From a virus, in IMG/VR virus record IMGVR_UViG_3300044922_000409, positions 35,738-99,737 of that record: DNA of 64,000 nt; one strand, given 5' to 3'. The position numbers and the translations under genes were made by a program. Shown one piece after another: positions 43,037 through 51,555 of this stretch; within the stretch, counting starts at the first letter, position 1; each line of letters opens with the position of its first letter. The notes beneath the pieces are model-generated. The model did not search any database and had not been told where the DNA came from. It saw nothing but the letters and a program-made list of their open reading frames with translations.

Positions 43037-44120
43037 ATAATACCCTTGCATTAAAAAATTCTTTTGTTAAGTAATCTGCTTGTTTTTTAATATGCAACGC
43101 ATATTCGTCGTATTTTTCTATATAATTAATAATTTGATTACATAAATCAAAACTGTGTGCCTCGTAATCTGCAAAACATTCAGTCCACTGTGATGGATAT
43201 TTAAAATGATACATATACATTTCTTTATAGCTAAGTCTGTTAGGCACCATTGGTATAGCTCCAAGTAATGCACCTTCATAACAACTAATGCCTAGTGTTT
43301 CTTGTAAATTAGCACTAAACACAATCTTTGCTTCACTTAACAATTTATGATATTCGTCTTTAGTAAGTGTTTCTTCTTGGCATATAACAAAGTCATATTG
43401 TGGTAATTGATCTTTTAATGCTTTAAAAATATCAACTTGTTTTTCTGATGCAATTCTGTGCGGAAACACGATTAAATCACGTTTCTCTGCATTTAAATAT
43501 GGTGTAAGTTCGTCGGCTAAATATTCCATTGGCCATCCAGTGCGAACAATTTTACCATCGTCGTACCTTTCATTCCAATCTTCGTCAAACCACGGATTTT
43601 CACTAATCATGCCGTTGTTTAATAGTTGCTCCATAAACATTCTCACATGAAATTCTGTTGCAAAATAATTATGATCAAATGATGCATAATAACTTTTTTC
43701 AGCAAGTTTAACCCAACCGTGATCAATCCCACCTAAAAAATCATGTTTGTCATAACTGCCAGCATGCCACAGTCCGTGAAATGTCCAATTTAATCTCATC
43801 AAATCTTTAATATATTTTAAATTTATAATTGCTGGATTCCAAGCATCTGTAAATAAGAAATGATCATTAGTTGTTGATTTATCATAATTTTTTAAAAATC
43901 CAACAAGTTGCGATCCCTTCCATACGTTAGTGTCTATAAAGTTTAAGAATGCACCGGGTGTTACATCTGATGATTGTTGATCACCAGTAATTTGAATAAT
44001 GTTAAAGTTATCGCCAAGTTGTTTTTTAAGTTGTTTAGGTATATATTCAAACCATTGACTAGTATAGCGAGTGTCAAGTGGTTCAAGTGCAAAAATCCAA
44101 ATAGTAGGTTTTATTTTCAA
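43020..44120 (-). CDS. GT-B fold glycosyltransferase (GT4-like)
   Basis: FPHRIASEK and QETLGISCYE (Ex7E) motifs. AGGAG RBS with a TTG start. Confidence 0.8.
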   Translation of the reverse strand: MKIKPTIWIFALEPLDTRYTSQWFEYIPKQLKKQLGDNFNIIQITGDQQSSDVTPGAFLNFIDTNVWKGSQLVGFLKNYDKSTTNDHFLFTDAWNPAIINLKYIKDLMRLNWTFHGLWHAGSYDKHDFLGGIDHGWVKLAEKSYYASFDHNYFATEFHVRMFMEQLLNNGMISENPWFDEDWNERYDDGKIVRTGWPMEYLADELTPYLNAEKRDLIVFPHRIASEKQVDIFKALKDQLPQYDFVICQEETLTKDEYHKLLSEAKIVFSANLQETLGISCYEGALLGAIPMVPNRLSYKEMYMYHFKYPSQWTECFADYEAHSFDLCNQIINYIEKYDEYALHIKKQADYLTKEFFNARVLYDNFK

Positions 44121-44136
44121 AATAAACTCCTGTTAT

Positions 44137-44159
44137 GAAAGCTCCAAAAGGAGCTTTCG
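44137..44159 (-). terminator. Stem-loop (GAAAGCTCC-TTTT-GGAGCTTTC), possible terminator or processing site
   Basis: 9-bp perfect inverted repeat just upstream of the glycosyltransferase RBS, with a weak U-tract. Confidence 0.5.
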
Positions 44160-44175
44160 TGGTTAATATTAAATG

Positions 44176-44430
44176 TTATGATTTTTTATAATTGTTAGTT
44201 TTTGGTCTAACATTATTGGGCCATGGTTTATTGCCCTGGTATGGTTTTCTAGGACGCTTACTTGCCATATACGCACCATACGATTTAGTATCTTTGCGAT
44301 ACAAATCTGCTGGATCAAATTTACGTAATTCAATTCTACAAAAGTCACGAAATGCTTCAAGATCTTCAAAGATTTTAACAACATCTGGACGACTTTCAAA
44401 GTATGAGAATGTTTTGTAATTTTTAGCCAT
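44176..44430 (-). CDS. Small basic hypothetical protein
   Basis: 84-aa ORF downstream of TATAAATA. Confidence 0.75.
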   Translation of the reverse strand: MAKNYKTFSYFESRPDVVKIFEDLEAFRDFCRIELRKFDPADLYRKDTKSYGAYMASKRPRKPYQGNKPWPNNVRPKTNNYKKS

Positions 44431-44528
44431 TTTATTTTCTTCCGTTTTATAATAAAGTTATGGTAGTATATACTAACAACCTCTGTTAGTGTATACTGTA
44501 AATTGTACATCTGGTTTAATACTAGGTT

Positions 44529-44536
44529 TATTTATA
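44529..44536 (-). promoter_or_regulatory. T4 late promoter consensus TATAAATA
   Basis: Exact octamer on the minus strand in an intergenic region. Confidence 0.6.
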
Positions 44537-44560
44537 CATGAGTTTTACATGTGATTAGTT

Positions 44561-44920
44561 TTAGTTGTATTCGGTATATGATCCATTTTCACCATCTTCA
44601 GAAACTTCAATCCACACTTCTTTATGTGGGTATTCATCTTTTATGTTCCAGTATAAATCATTGCTTATCATTTCACAACTTTTATTATCTAATGATAATG
44701 TTGAAGTAATGTACAATGATTCTAACCATCTTTTAAATTGTATAAACTCTACATCTCTGTCATCATGTGTAACTTCAAGCCATACTTTAAAATGAAATAT
44801 GTGTCTATGCGGGTGTCCTAAAAACGATACATCTGCTAAGTTAGGATCAGTTAGTGCTGCAGGATAACAATGGATTCCTTCTTTCTTAAAAGTGACCCAG
44901 ATCATTTGTTTATTAATCAT
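44561..44920 (-). CDS. QueD-like T-fold protein, probable DpdL-type enzyme
   Basis: EGIH, LGHPHRHIF (LxxxHRHxF), SCEM and VSEDGENG. Lacks the canonical QueD CxxxHGH motif. Confidence 0.65.
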   Translation of the reverse strand: MINKQMIWVTFKKEGIHCYPAALTDPNLADVSFLGHPHRHIFHFKVWLEVTHDDRDVEFIQFKRWLESLYITSTLSLDNKSCEMISNDLYWNIKDEYPHKEVWIEVSEDGENGSYTEYN

Positions 44921-45441
44921 TTAAGTACCTTGTCGTTATTATAGTTAAACCAGTTAGTGAACTTCTTGTGATCTTGTAGATCGTGCAAGCTATGTGTCCA
45001 CACGCCGGGGTTAGTTGCGTTAAATGTAGTGTCGTCAATCTTAACCATTGTATTATAACTCCAATCCTTAATATTTGCAACCGGAATTCTAATTTGTGGT
45101 ATAAAATTATTATACTTGCATAAATTAGTATTTGTGTTAAAATCGATTACTGCTGTAAATGGAATATCTAATGAACACAGTTTTCCTGTTTTTAAAAAGT
45201 GCGCAATAGTGTTATTCCAGTTGAGCCATGCACCTGGTGTATCTGGATTAAAACTATGGTTTGCACCAAAGAAGATATGTGTAATATCCTCTGTAGTATC
45301 TAACCGGTAATGGATTGCTTCTGTAGTTTGAATACCAACAATAAATAATGTTTTTAAACCATATGCTGGAGTATGCTCTACTTCATCTCCAACAAAAAAT
45401 TTAGCAGTGTTAGTAGTTGTGTTGTTGTATGTTCTATTCAT
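44917..45441 (-). CDS. Hypothetical protein in the deazaguanine cluster
   Basis: 174-aa ORF overlapping both the dpdA-like and QueD-like genes. Confidence 0.75.
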   Translation of the reverse strand: MNRTYNNTTTNTAKFFVGDEVEHTPAYGLKTLFIVGIQTTEAIHYRLDTTEDITHIFFGANHSFNPDTPGAWLNWNNTIAHFLKTGKLCSLDIPFTAVIDFNTNTNLCKYNNFIPQIRIPVANIKDWSYNTMVKIDDTTFNATNPGVWTHSLHDLQDHKKFTNWFNYNNDKVLK

Positions 45442-47065
45442 CTTTAATGCTATCTTCTAAGTTAGATAAGTTAAGTTCTTCATCAACGAAATCATCGTCA
45501 TCGTCATCAAATGACCATAATTCATTAACCTTTGTATCAGGATTGATTGTTTTTTTACCAGTATTCCCGCGTGTACCAGGTATTGCTATCCACAGTTTGT
45601 TATATGTTTTAATAATTGCCAATGCGTCAACTAAATTATCAACTGCAAAGATTGAATCAATAACATCTCTAACATATACGTGTTTAAATTTTTCATCCAC
45701 TAACATATTAGGCAAAATACCGTTATCGTATGCTCGATTTGCCTGTTGTACAGCATCCAAGTGACTCCATACGTTGTGCCCCATTAATATAGCATAACTA
45801 AAACTATCCCAACTAGTTCTACCTACTTTATTAACTTTATTAGCATCACCCATTGTAATCCAATATTTAGGATCATTTAAGTATAATGGATCTGAAAATA
45901 ATAATGCATGATCAATGTTATCATTATCAACTTCTGTCCAGTTAGGAACACCTTGACTGTATATACATATATCTTTAATTGGTACTTGATCGATTAACGG
46001 ACTTGGATTAAACACTTTAAAGATCTTATCTTGAATAACTGCATCTTTAAATAGTCGAGTATCAGTTGAATATTTTTTATCATCAGCACTTGGCACCATT
46101 CGATACACCCATTTAGATCTATCTTCAACTTCGGTAGTAATATAGACTTGACCATTTGCAGTAGCTAAAAATGGACTAGCACAATCGTAACTAATAGTAA
46201 AGTTTGGATTATGATATTTACGTACTGCCCGTTGAATGTCTGTTAATAAACATGCCCATTCTAATTTACTTGTTCCTAAAAAATGCATCCAATCTTGATG
46301 CCCTTGTTCTAGTAATCCGTCAAATCGCAATGTAACTAATCGTCTAAGAACTAGGTCAGCATCACACATGTTTTGTCCACCCATTGCCCAACCATTAAAC
46401 GCCTTGTCACCGTAGATAGTAGGATCGCAATATTTCTTCATACGTTGGTACCAATCTTCTGCATCAGTGTGTGTTTCGCCTTGCAATACGTTTAAGAATT
46501 TGCATTTACCAGAGCGATTATTAACAAAATAATCATTATTAATATAAGTACCTTGTACTGCATCCATGTAATCATTAATACCTGTTGCTGCTTGCCCTGC
46601 AGGGCTACGTGCAACCCACGCAGGAATATCAAGACACATACCGTAATCCATTAACTCGTCCATCCATCGTAATACTTGTTCACGTTTCTTTTGTGCTTTA
46701 GGACAAGCAGGATCTTTCCAATCAGCCGGCCACACACCTTTACCAATCTGGAAACCACCTGAGTCACCTAGTACCCAACTTGTAGTTCTGTCTCTGTTAC
46801 GAAACATGTCTTCGCTTTCGTCAAACTTATCTAAATCTAAGTTTGCGTGTCCTGCTGAATATAAGCACCATTTGTAGTAGAACTCTCCTTTTTCAGGTTC
46901 TAAATAGTTAAGTCCTTCTACTCCAGCTTTAAATGATGCAGGAATACGTGAAGGTTCAACATAATTACCGTAACGTTGTTTTCCAATAAACGTCGAGTAA
47001 AAACCCGACGTTGCTGGTAGGAAAACAGCATAATCATTCTGCGTTGCTGTTAAGTTCCGATTCAT
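45434..47065 (-). CDS. dpdA: TGT-fold guanine transglycosylase, DpdA-like
   Basis: DSGGFQ, LDIP, VLQG, GWAMGG, HFLG and YDCASP TGT motifs. Clustered with folE and queE next to the replication genes. Confidence 0.75.
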   Translation of the reverse strand: MNRNLTATQNDYAVFLPATSGFYSTFIGKQRYGNYVEPSRIPASFKAGVEGLNYLEPEKGEFYYKWCLYSAGHANLDLDKFDESEDMFRNRDRTTSWVLGDSGGFQIGKGVWPADWKDPACPKAQKKREQVLRWMDELMDYGMCLDIPAWVARSPAGQAATGINDYMDAVQGTYINNDYFVNNRSGKCKFLNVLQGETHTDAEDWYQRMKKYCDPTIYGDKAFNGWAMGGQNMCDADLVLRRLVTLRFDGLLEQGHQDWMHFLGTSKLEWACLLTDIQRAVRKYHNPNFTISYDCASPFLATANGQVYITTEVEDRSKWVYRMVPSADDKKYSTDTRLFKDAVIQDKIFKVFNPSPLIDQVPIKDICIYSQGVPNWTEVDNDNIDHALLFSDPLYLNDPKYWITMGDANKVNKVGRTSWDSFSYAILMGHNVWSHLDAVQQANRAYDNGILPNMLVDEKFKHVYVRDVIDSIFAVDNLVDALAIIKTYNKLWIAIPGTRGNTGKKTINPDTKVNELWSFDDDDDDFVDEELNLSNLEDSIKDE

Positions 47066-47450
47066 CTTCTTCCTGTTTTGGGGTTAATAAATTACTAAGT
47101 AAAGTTTTAGTAACTTGTAAATTAGTTTCTACATCTGTAATTCTATTAGCTGCGCTTACAAACTGCGGACTTGCAGTAACATGTCCGACTATATGCGAAT
47201 TAAGAGTGTAATTTGTATATGGGTTTCGATTATACTCTTCAAGTGTGGTTAATCTTGATTCAAGTCCTTGCACACGTTGTTTTATGTATTCGTAATCAAC
47301 ATAAAACTGTTCAAATGGTCCTGGCATAGCATAAGATGGCATATCTAATTGCGCTAACATTGTTACTTTATCAAGAGATGACTTAACACTTTCATTTTGA
47401 TTAACATACACAACGTCTAATAATTTTAATGCTTTTCTAATATCTATCAT
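47034..47450 (-). CDS. Hypothetical coiled-coil protein
   Basis: 138-aa ORF with a TAATG overlap to the clamp gene. Confidence 0.7.
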   Translation of the reverse strand: MIDIRKALKLLDVVYVNQNESVKSSLDKVTMLAQLDMPSYAMPGPFEQFYVDYEYIKQRVQGLESRLTTLEEYNRNPYTNYTLNSHIVGHVTASPQFVSAANRITDVETNLQVTKTLLSNLLTPKQEEDESELNSNAE

Positions 47451-48187
47451 TATTTTGTGTGTGCAGGTAATGTATAAGTGTATACTGCATTTCCGCTATC
47501 AACGATAATTTGTAACGAACCTTGATCAGATACTCGCATCTTAATATCACCGTTTAAATTTAAAATGCTTAGTACATGTGTAATTGGCCAAGACCATGTA
47601 TTTTTTAAATTAGCAGTGATTCCTGGATGAAATACGTATGATCCTGCATGTGTGCTAGCATCACCAAATCTAAATACTAAGTCATTATTAACAGTAGCTA
47701 ATTGAAATACAGTTTCTTCAGTATGAGCAGCAGCCTGATGTTTTAATCGTTGTATACTTACAATAGATGGACTAAATTCAATTTCGTATGTAATTTCTAC
47801 TTTAAGTTTAGGTCTTCTAACTTTGGCATTAATGATTTCTTGATTCATAAATCGATAATCATTTTCATAATCGCCAGTTTCATTAGAAAAGTGAAGTCCG
47901 GTTGGTAATTGTTCATCATCTCTAGTTTCGTAAACAACTTTAATATTTGCATCTTTTTTATATTCTGGACATTTAAGATGAAGATCTAATTTATTTAAGT
48001 TAGGCATTCCAAAAATACTTTCGCCTAATTCAGGAACAGGAGCATGTGTAGTTGCTAATAGCATTACTGATCTATCTTCAGCAATGGATTCGATAATAGC
48101 ATTGTTTGAGGTCGCAGTTACTTTAACTAATGGTAAAATGCTTAATGTATGTGTATGTGCTACTAAATCTTGTAAAAATGTTTTCAT
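47450..48187 (-). CDS. DNA polymerase sliding clamp (gp45-like)
   Basis: 245-aa alpha/beta protein directly downstream of the polymerase. Start moved to MKTFLQD because it has an AGGAGA RBS and a promoter occupies the annotated extension. Confidence 0.65.
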   Translation of the reverse strand: MKTFLQDLVAHTHTLSILPLVKVTATSNNAIIESIAEDRSVMLLATTHAPVPELGESIFGMPNLNKLDLHLKCPEYKKDANIKVVYETRDDEQLPTGLHFSNETGDYENDYRFMNQEIINAKVRRPKLKVEITYEIEFSPSIVSIQRLKHQAAAHTEETVFQLATVNNDLVFRFGDASTHAGSYVFHPGITANLKNTWSWPITHVLSILNLNGDIKMRVSDQGSLQIIVDSGNAVYTYTLPAHTK

Positions 48188-48209
48188 ATAATGTCTCCTA
48201 GTTGTGTAT

Positions 48210-48238
48210 ATTATATTATAGTTGTGTTGTTTTGTCAA
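48210..48238 (-). promoter_or_regulatory. sigma70-type promoter TTGACA-17-TATAAT
   Basis: Perfect consensus upstream of the clamp/dpdA genes. Confidence 0.75.
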
Positions 48239-48246
48239 GCGTTTCG

Positions 48247-50910
48247 TTAATCAAAATCAAATAAGCTATTAAATGTATTTCTATCTGATGTATCAACTAA
48301 TTTCCAATTTAAGATACCGATTAAGTTATCTAGTTTGTTATCAATAATAGTATCTTCCATTTCGTTGTGATCGAATGGCAAGTCTTTAAACCATTGTGGC
48401 AATCGTAATTCGTCTACTGGATATGCAACACTTGTAAAGCCTAACGGGTTTTGTTTAAGTTTGCATACAATAACTTTTGCACCATCTGTAACACTCATTG
48501 AGTATTTGTCACCGTACATACGTTTTAATGTATTCCAATTTAAACTTGCTCTAACATGACCTGGCATATTAACTTTCCCATGCTTAGTTTCTTTATCTAA
48601 GTATGTTGTAATATTATTTGCACGTTTTGGTGAACCTTTTTCCCAGCCCGGCCTAGCTTTAAATACTAATCTAAATTTGGTAATATAATCTAATACATTT
48701 GTTTCAGTATCACCTGATAATACCATTTTTAATACAGTAGCTAAAAAGTCTTGAATGAATTCTGGCGTATCACTACGTTTCAAATCTAGTCCCATAACTT
48801 TAATTTCACCAATGCTGCCATTTGTGTCTTTACGTTTACCTTCTTTATCATATACAAGCACTGCATATCGTTTTTTAGTAATAAACAATGATTTGCTACC
48901 AATAATCTCACGACCTGCTTTAATAACATCACCGCGTGTCTTTGGACAATGGAATGCATCTAACATAAACTGTTGGAATGTTCCATTAACTTGATCACCA
49001 ATTTGATCGTACAACTGAATAACCGTTTCTCTAGTCCATGGTAAACTTCCGTTATCAATATCTTTCTGCAATATTTTGTATGCTGAAAAATAACATGAGT
49101 CAGTATCACCATATATAATAGATTTTCCTGTATGATTATACTCACCGGTAATAATTTCATTTACTGTTGCAGCCATATGTTTCGCAATTTGCCTACCAGT
49201 TAACGTAGTTGATTGTCCAATCCGTTTGTCAAAGAATCTACACCCTGGGTTAAGAATTGCACCATACAAACTATTTAGGTTAATCTTCTTAACTAGCTGA
49301 CGTTTATCCCAGTACTCTTCTTCAATCTTATTACCTGCATTGATTGCTTCTTTTAGCTTTTTCTGCATATCTTTACGTTCTGCATACCAACGTTTAAGTA
49401 ATCCAGGAATAATACCTTCAGTTTCATACGAAAAGATAGTACCATTTGCTGAAATAACCCACGGTTGATTACTTTGGAATATTAATCGATAAACTTCGGC
49501 TGCACTTAGTACATCAGTATCACCATTTTCCCAATCAACTATAATGTCGGTACCTATTTCTTCATTCATTACAGACGTATACTCGAGTGTACCAAACAAT
49601 CCCTCCCATGCTGCAGCAAATGACTTTCCTTTTGCTAGTTGCATAGAAATATATTCATCAGTTGCTATAGGTCTTAACTGCCCTACAATAGTTTCCGGAC
49701 CCATATTTAATGCTCGAATAGCACTTGGATATAGTGAATTAATATCTAGTGAACCTATCCAGTCGTGTATACCTTCTTTAGGATATGCAACATATGCTCC
49801 AGCAGCTTGAATTGGTTCTGCTTTCCCTTTTCTATTAGGTACAACAAATCCTCGATGATGTGCTTCATTAATGATAGCTTGCTCTGTTACTGCGACTGCA
49901 CCCATTGTAGTCTGTAATAATACAGTATTTTCATGAGCAAGAGTGTTAGCTAAGTCAATAAATTTTAATTTCTTATCAAGTCTGTCTAACAGCATAGTAT
50001 CTTGTCTGTTGTACTCAATAAATGTTTTAAAGTCGTTATTATATAATTGATCAAGCGTGCCTTCGTATTGGGTTTTACGTTCCCCTAACTCATATTCTGC
50101 AATTGCATCTAATCGAAAGCTGTGTCGTTCTTCATACGTATATTTTCTGTATAATTCTAAACTATCTAAATGCACACGACCAACAAAATCGTATGTAACG
50201 GCTTGTTTTCCATACTTTTCATATTCGCGACGTTTAGGTAATTGATTAAACAAGCAGAATCGACGAGTGTCATCTTTTGATAACACTTTAGTAACACGAT
50301 TCACTGTATACGGAATATCAAATCCTTCACTATTCCATCCGCTAATGATATCAGCATCATCTAATAACGTAAGAAATGTATCTAACATATCTGCTTCATT
50401 ATCAAATAGAATAGTATTGGGGAATTCTTTAACTTGTTCTTTAGCTTGCTCTATAGTTAATGTTTTAGGAGGAACTGCTAGACATATAAGGGTTTCTAGC
50501 CATTGTAGGTATACTGCAATAGCTGTAATAGGCATAAACGCATCATCTGGTGATGCATATCCTCGTTCCGGATCAAAATCAACCTCGATATCATAAAACG
50601 CTATATTAAGTTTAGGTGCATCGTGATTGAGATAGTTATCTGACAAGCATTTAAAAATTGGATTAATATCTGCTTCAAATAACTTTTGGTTACCATGTAT
50701 TGCTAACTCTTTTCGGAACTCTTTTGTGTTGTTACAAACAACTTTTGATACAGGATCACTGTAAATTGATTGATATTTCCCTTTTGGATCGGTATAATAT
50801 AATGTAGGTTTAACGGGGATATCTTTATATTCTCGTTCACCTTTTGAATTTCTTTCTACAAGTTTAATAACATCGTTTTCACGATCAAAATATGCATCAA
50901 CATAACTCAT
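48247..50910 (-). CDS. Family B DNA polymerase (gp43-like)
   Basis: Exonuclease motifs DIE, WNSEGFD and YNRQD. Polymerase motifs DINSLYPS, KINLNSLYG, YGDTDS and KKRY. Confidence 0.97.
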   Translation of the reverse strand: MSYVDAYFDRENDVIKLVERNSKGEREYKDIPVKPTLYYTDPKGKYQSIYSDPVSKVVCNNTKEFRKELAIHGNQKLFEADINPIFKCLSDNYLNHDAPKLNIAFYDIEVDFDPERGYASPDDAFMPITAIAVYLQWLETLICLAVPPKTLTIEQAKEQVKEFPNTILFDNEADMLDTFLTLLDDADIISGWNSEGFDIPYTVNRVTKVLSKDDTRRFCLFNQLPKRREYEKYGKQAVTYDFVGRVHLDSLELYRKYTYEERHSFRLDAIAEYELGERKTQYEGTLDQLYNNDFKTFIEYNRQDTMLLDRLDKKLKFIDLANTLAHENTVLLQTTMGAVAVTEQAIINEAHHRGFVVPNRKGKAEPIQAAGAYVAYPKEGIHDWIGSLDINSLYPSAIRALNMGPETIVGQLRPIATDEYISMQLAKGKSFAAAWEGLFGTLEYTSVMNEEIGTDIIVDWENGDTDVLSAAEVYRLIFQSNQPWVISANGTIFSYETEGIIPGLLKRWYAERKDMQKKLKEAINAGNKIEEEYWDKRQLVKKINLNSLYGAILNPGCRFFDKRIGQSTTLTGRQIAKHMAATVNEIITGEYNHTGKSIIYGDTDSCYFSAYKILQKDIDNGSLPWTRETVIQLYDQIGDQVNGTFQQFMLDAFHCPKTRGDVIKAGREIIGSKSLFITKKRYAVLVYDKEGKRKDTNGSIGEIKVMGLDLKRSDTPEFIQDFLATVLKMVLSGDTETNVLDYITKFRLVFKARPGWEKGSPKRANNITTYLDKETKHGKVNMPGHVRASLNWNTLKRMYGDKYSMSVTDGAKVIVCKLKQNPLGFTSVAYPVDELRLPQWFKDLPFDHNEMEDTIIDNKLDNLIGILNWKLVDTSDRNTFNSLFDFD

Positions 50911-51089
50911 GCTGCACCGCCGTTGCGATCGCGATTAGTTGCATGATCATTAATCCATTCCATAAATGCTTCTTCTTCACTACGTAGTGTTGCGACATCT
51001 TCATTAATGTGTTTTTCTATACCACATTCATTTCTTTCAACACACACGTCAGGATTATGACATGTTTCGCATATTGTTAAGTTTTCCAT
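50907..51089 (-). CDS. Small Cys-rich hypothetical protein (60 aa)
   Basis: Likely start MENLTICETCHNPDVCVERNECG. Its stop overlaps the polymerase ATG. Confidence 0.55.
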   Translation of the reverse strand: MENLTICETCHNPDVCVERNECGIEKHINEDVATLRSEEEAFMEWINDHATNRDRNGGAA

Positions 51090-51105
51090 ATTGTATCTCA
51101 GTTTA

Positions 51106-51155
51106 TGTGATTTGTGGCTCACAAATACCATTTTGCAGCTTGTGGCCTGCCTACC
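51106..51155 (-). promoter_or_regulatory. Tandem RNA hairpin motif (loop GCCACAAR), candidate cis-regulatory RNA
   Basis: Two GGTA-preceded hairpins with near-identical 8-nt loops and different but complementary stems. Confidence 0.45.
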
Positions 51156-51174
51156 GTTTCGTGTTATACTTATG

Positions 51175-51429
51175 TTAAATACGTTTTGTAACGTCTAAGA
51201 TTGCTTCAACTTCTTCCCAATCTTCATTATGATCTGCCCAATTTCCTTTATGCGCTATCTTAATAGCTTTATTAATTACAGCAGGTTTAACTTGTAGTTC
51301 TTCTGCTACTGATTTTACAGTATCGCGTAAACCGGTTTGCAAGTCTTCAATTTCACGCAATACAAGTGAACCTTCATTGATTAATTTGTCAAGTTTAGAT
51401 TTTTCTTCAGGACCGTATGCTCTGCTCAT
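51175..51429 (-). CDS. dsDNA-binding protein, T4 DsbA/GapR-like
   Basis: 84-aa helical protein with the pattern L.E...L..I.DL...L.D.....AEEL...P..INKAIK. Confidence 0.55.
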   Translation of the reverse strand: MSRAYGPEEKSKLDKLINEGSLVLREIEDLQTGLRDTVKSVAEELQVKPAVINKAIKIAHKGNWADHNEDWEEVEAILDVTKRI

Positions 51430-51461
51430 TTAATGTATCTCCGTTGTGTAGTAAAGTATGT

Positions 51462-51490
51462 ATTATATATTAAAATGCTCAATATGTCAA
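51462..51490 (-). promoter_or_regulatory. sigma70-type promoter TTGACA-17-TATAAT
   Basis: Perfect consensus upstream of the dsbA-like/polymerase genes. Confidence 0.75.
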
Positions 51491-51511
51491 CTGGCATGGT
51501 AAAATGAAGAT

Positions 51512-51537
51512 AAAAAAAGGCAGATTAATCTGCCTTT
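51512..51537 (-). terminator. Rho-independent terminator
   Basis: Minus strand reads AAAGGCAGA-TTAA-TCTGCC-TTTTTTT after the internal-protein block. Confidence 0.8.
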
Positions 51538-51555
51538 ATTTAGTACTAGTAAATA

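Noticed and set aside
44169-44510. 113-aa ORF
   Set aside because: It is an alternative frame over the 84-aa gene and the leader hairpin, and the shorter ORF looks more protein-like.
45434-47065. Annotation as a tRNA-modifying Tgt
   Set aside because: It lacks the C-terminal CxCxxC Zn site of bacterial Tgt and sits beside replication genes, so a DNA-targeting role is preferred, though unproven.
48247-50910. Intein or intron in the DNA polymerase
   Set aside because: Normal length (887 aa) with contiguous motifs and no splicing signatures.
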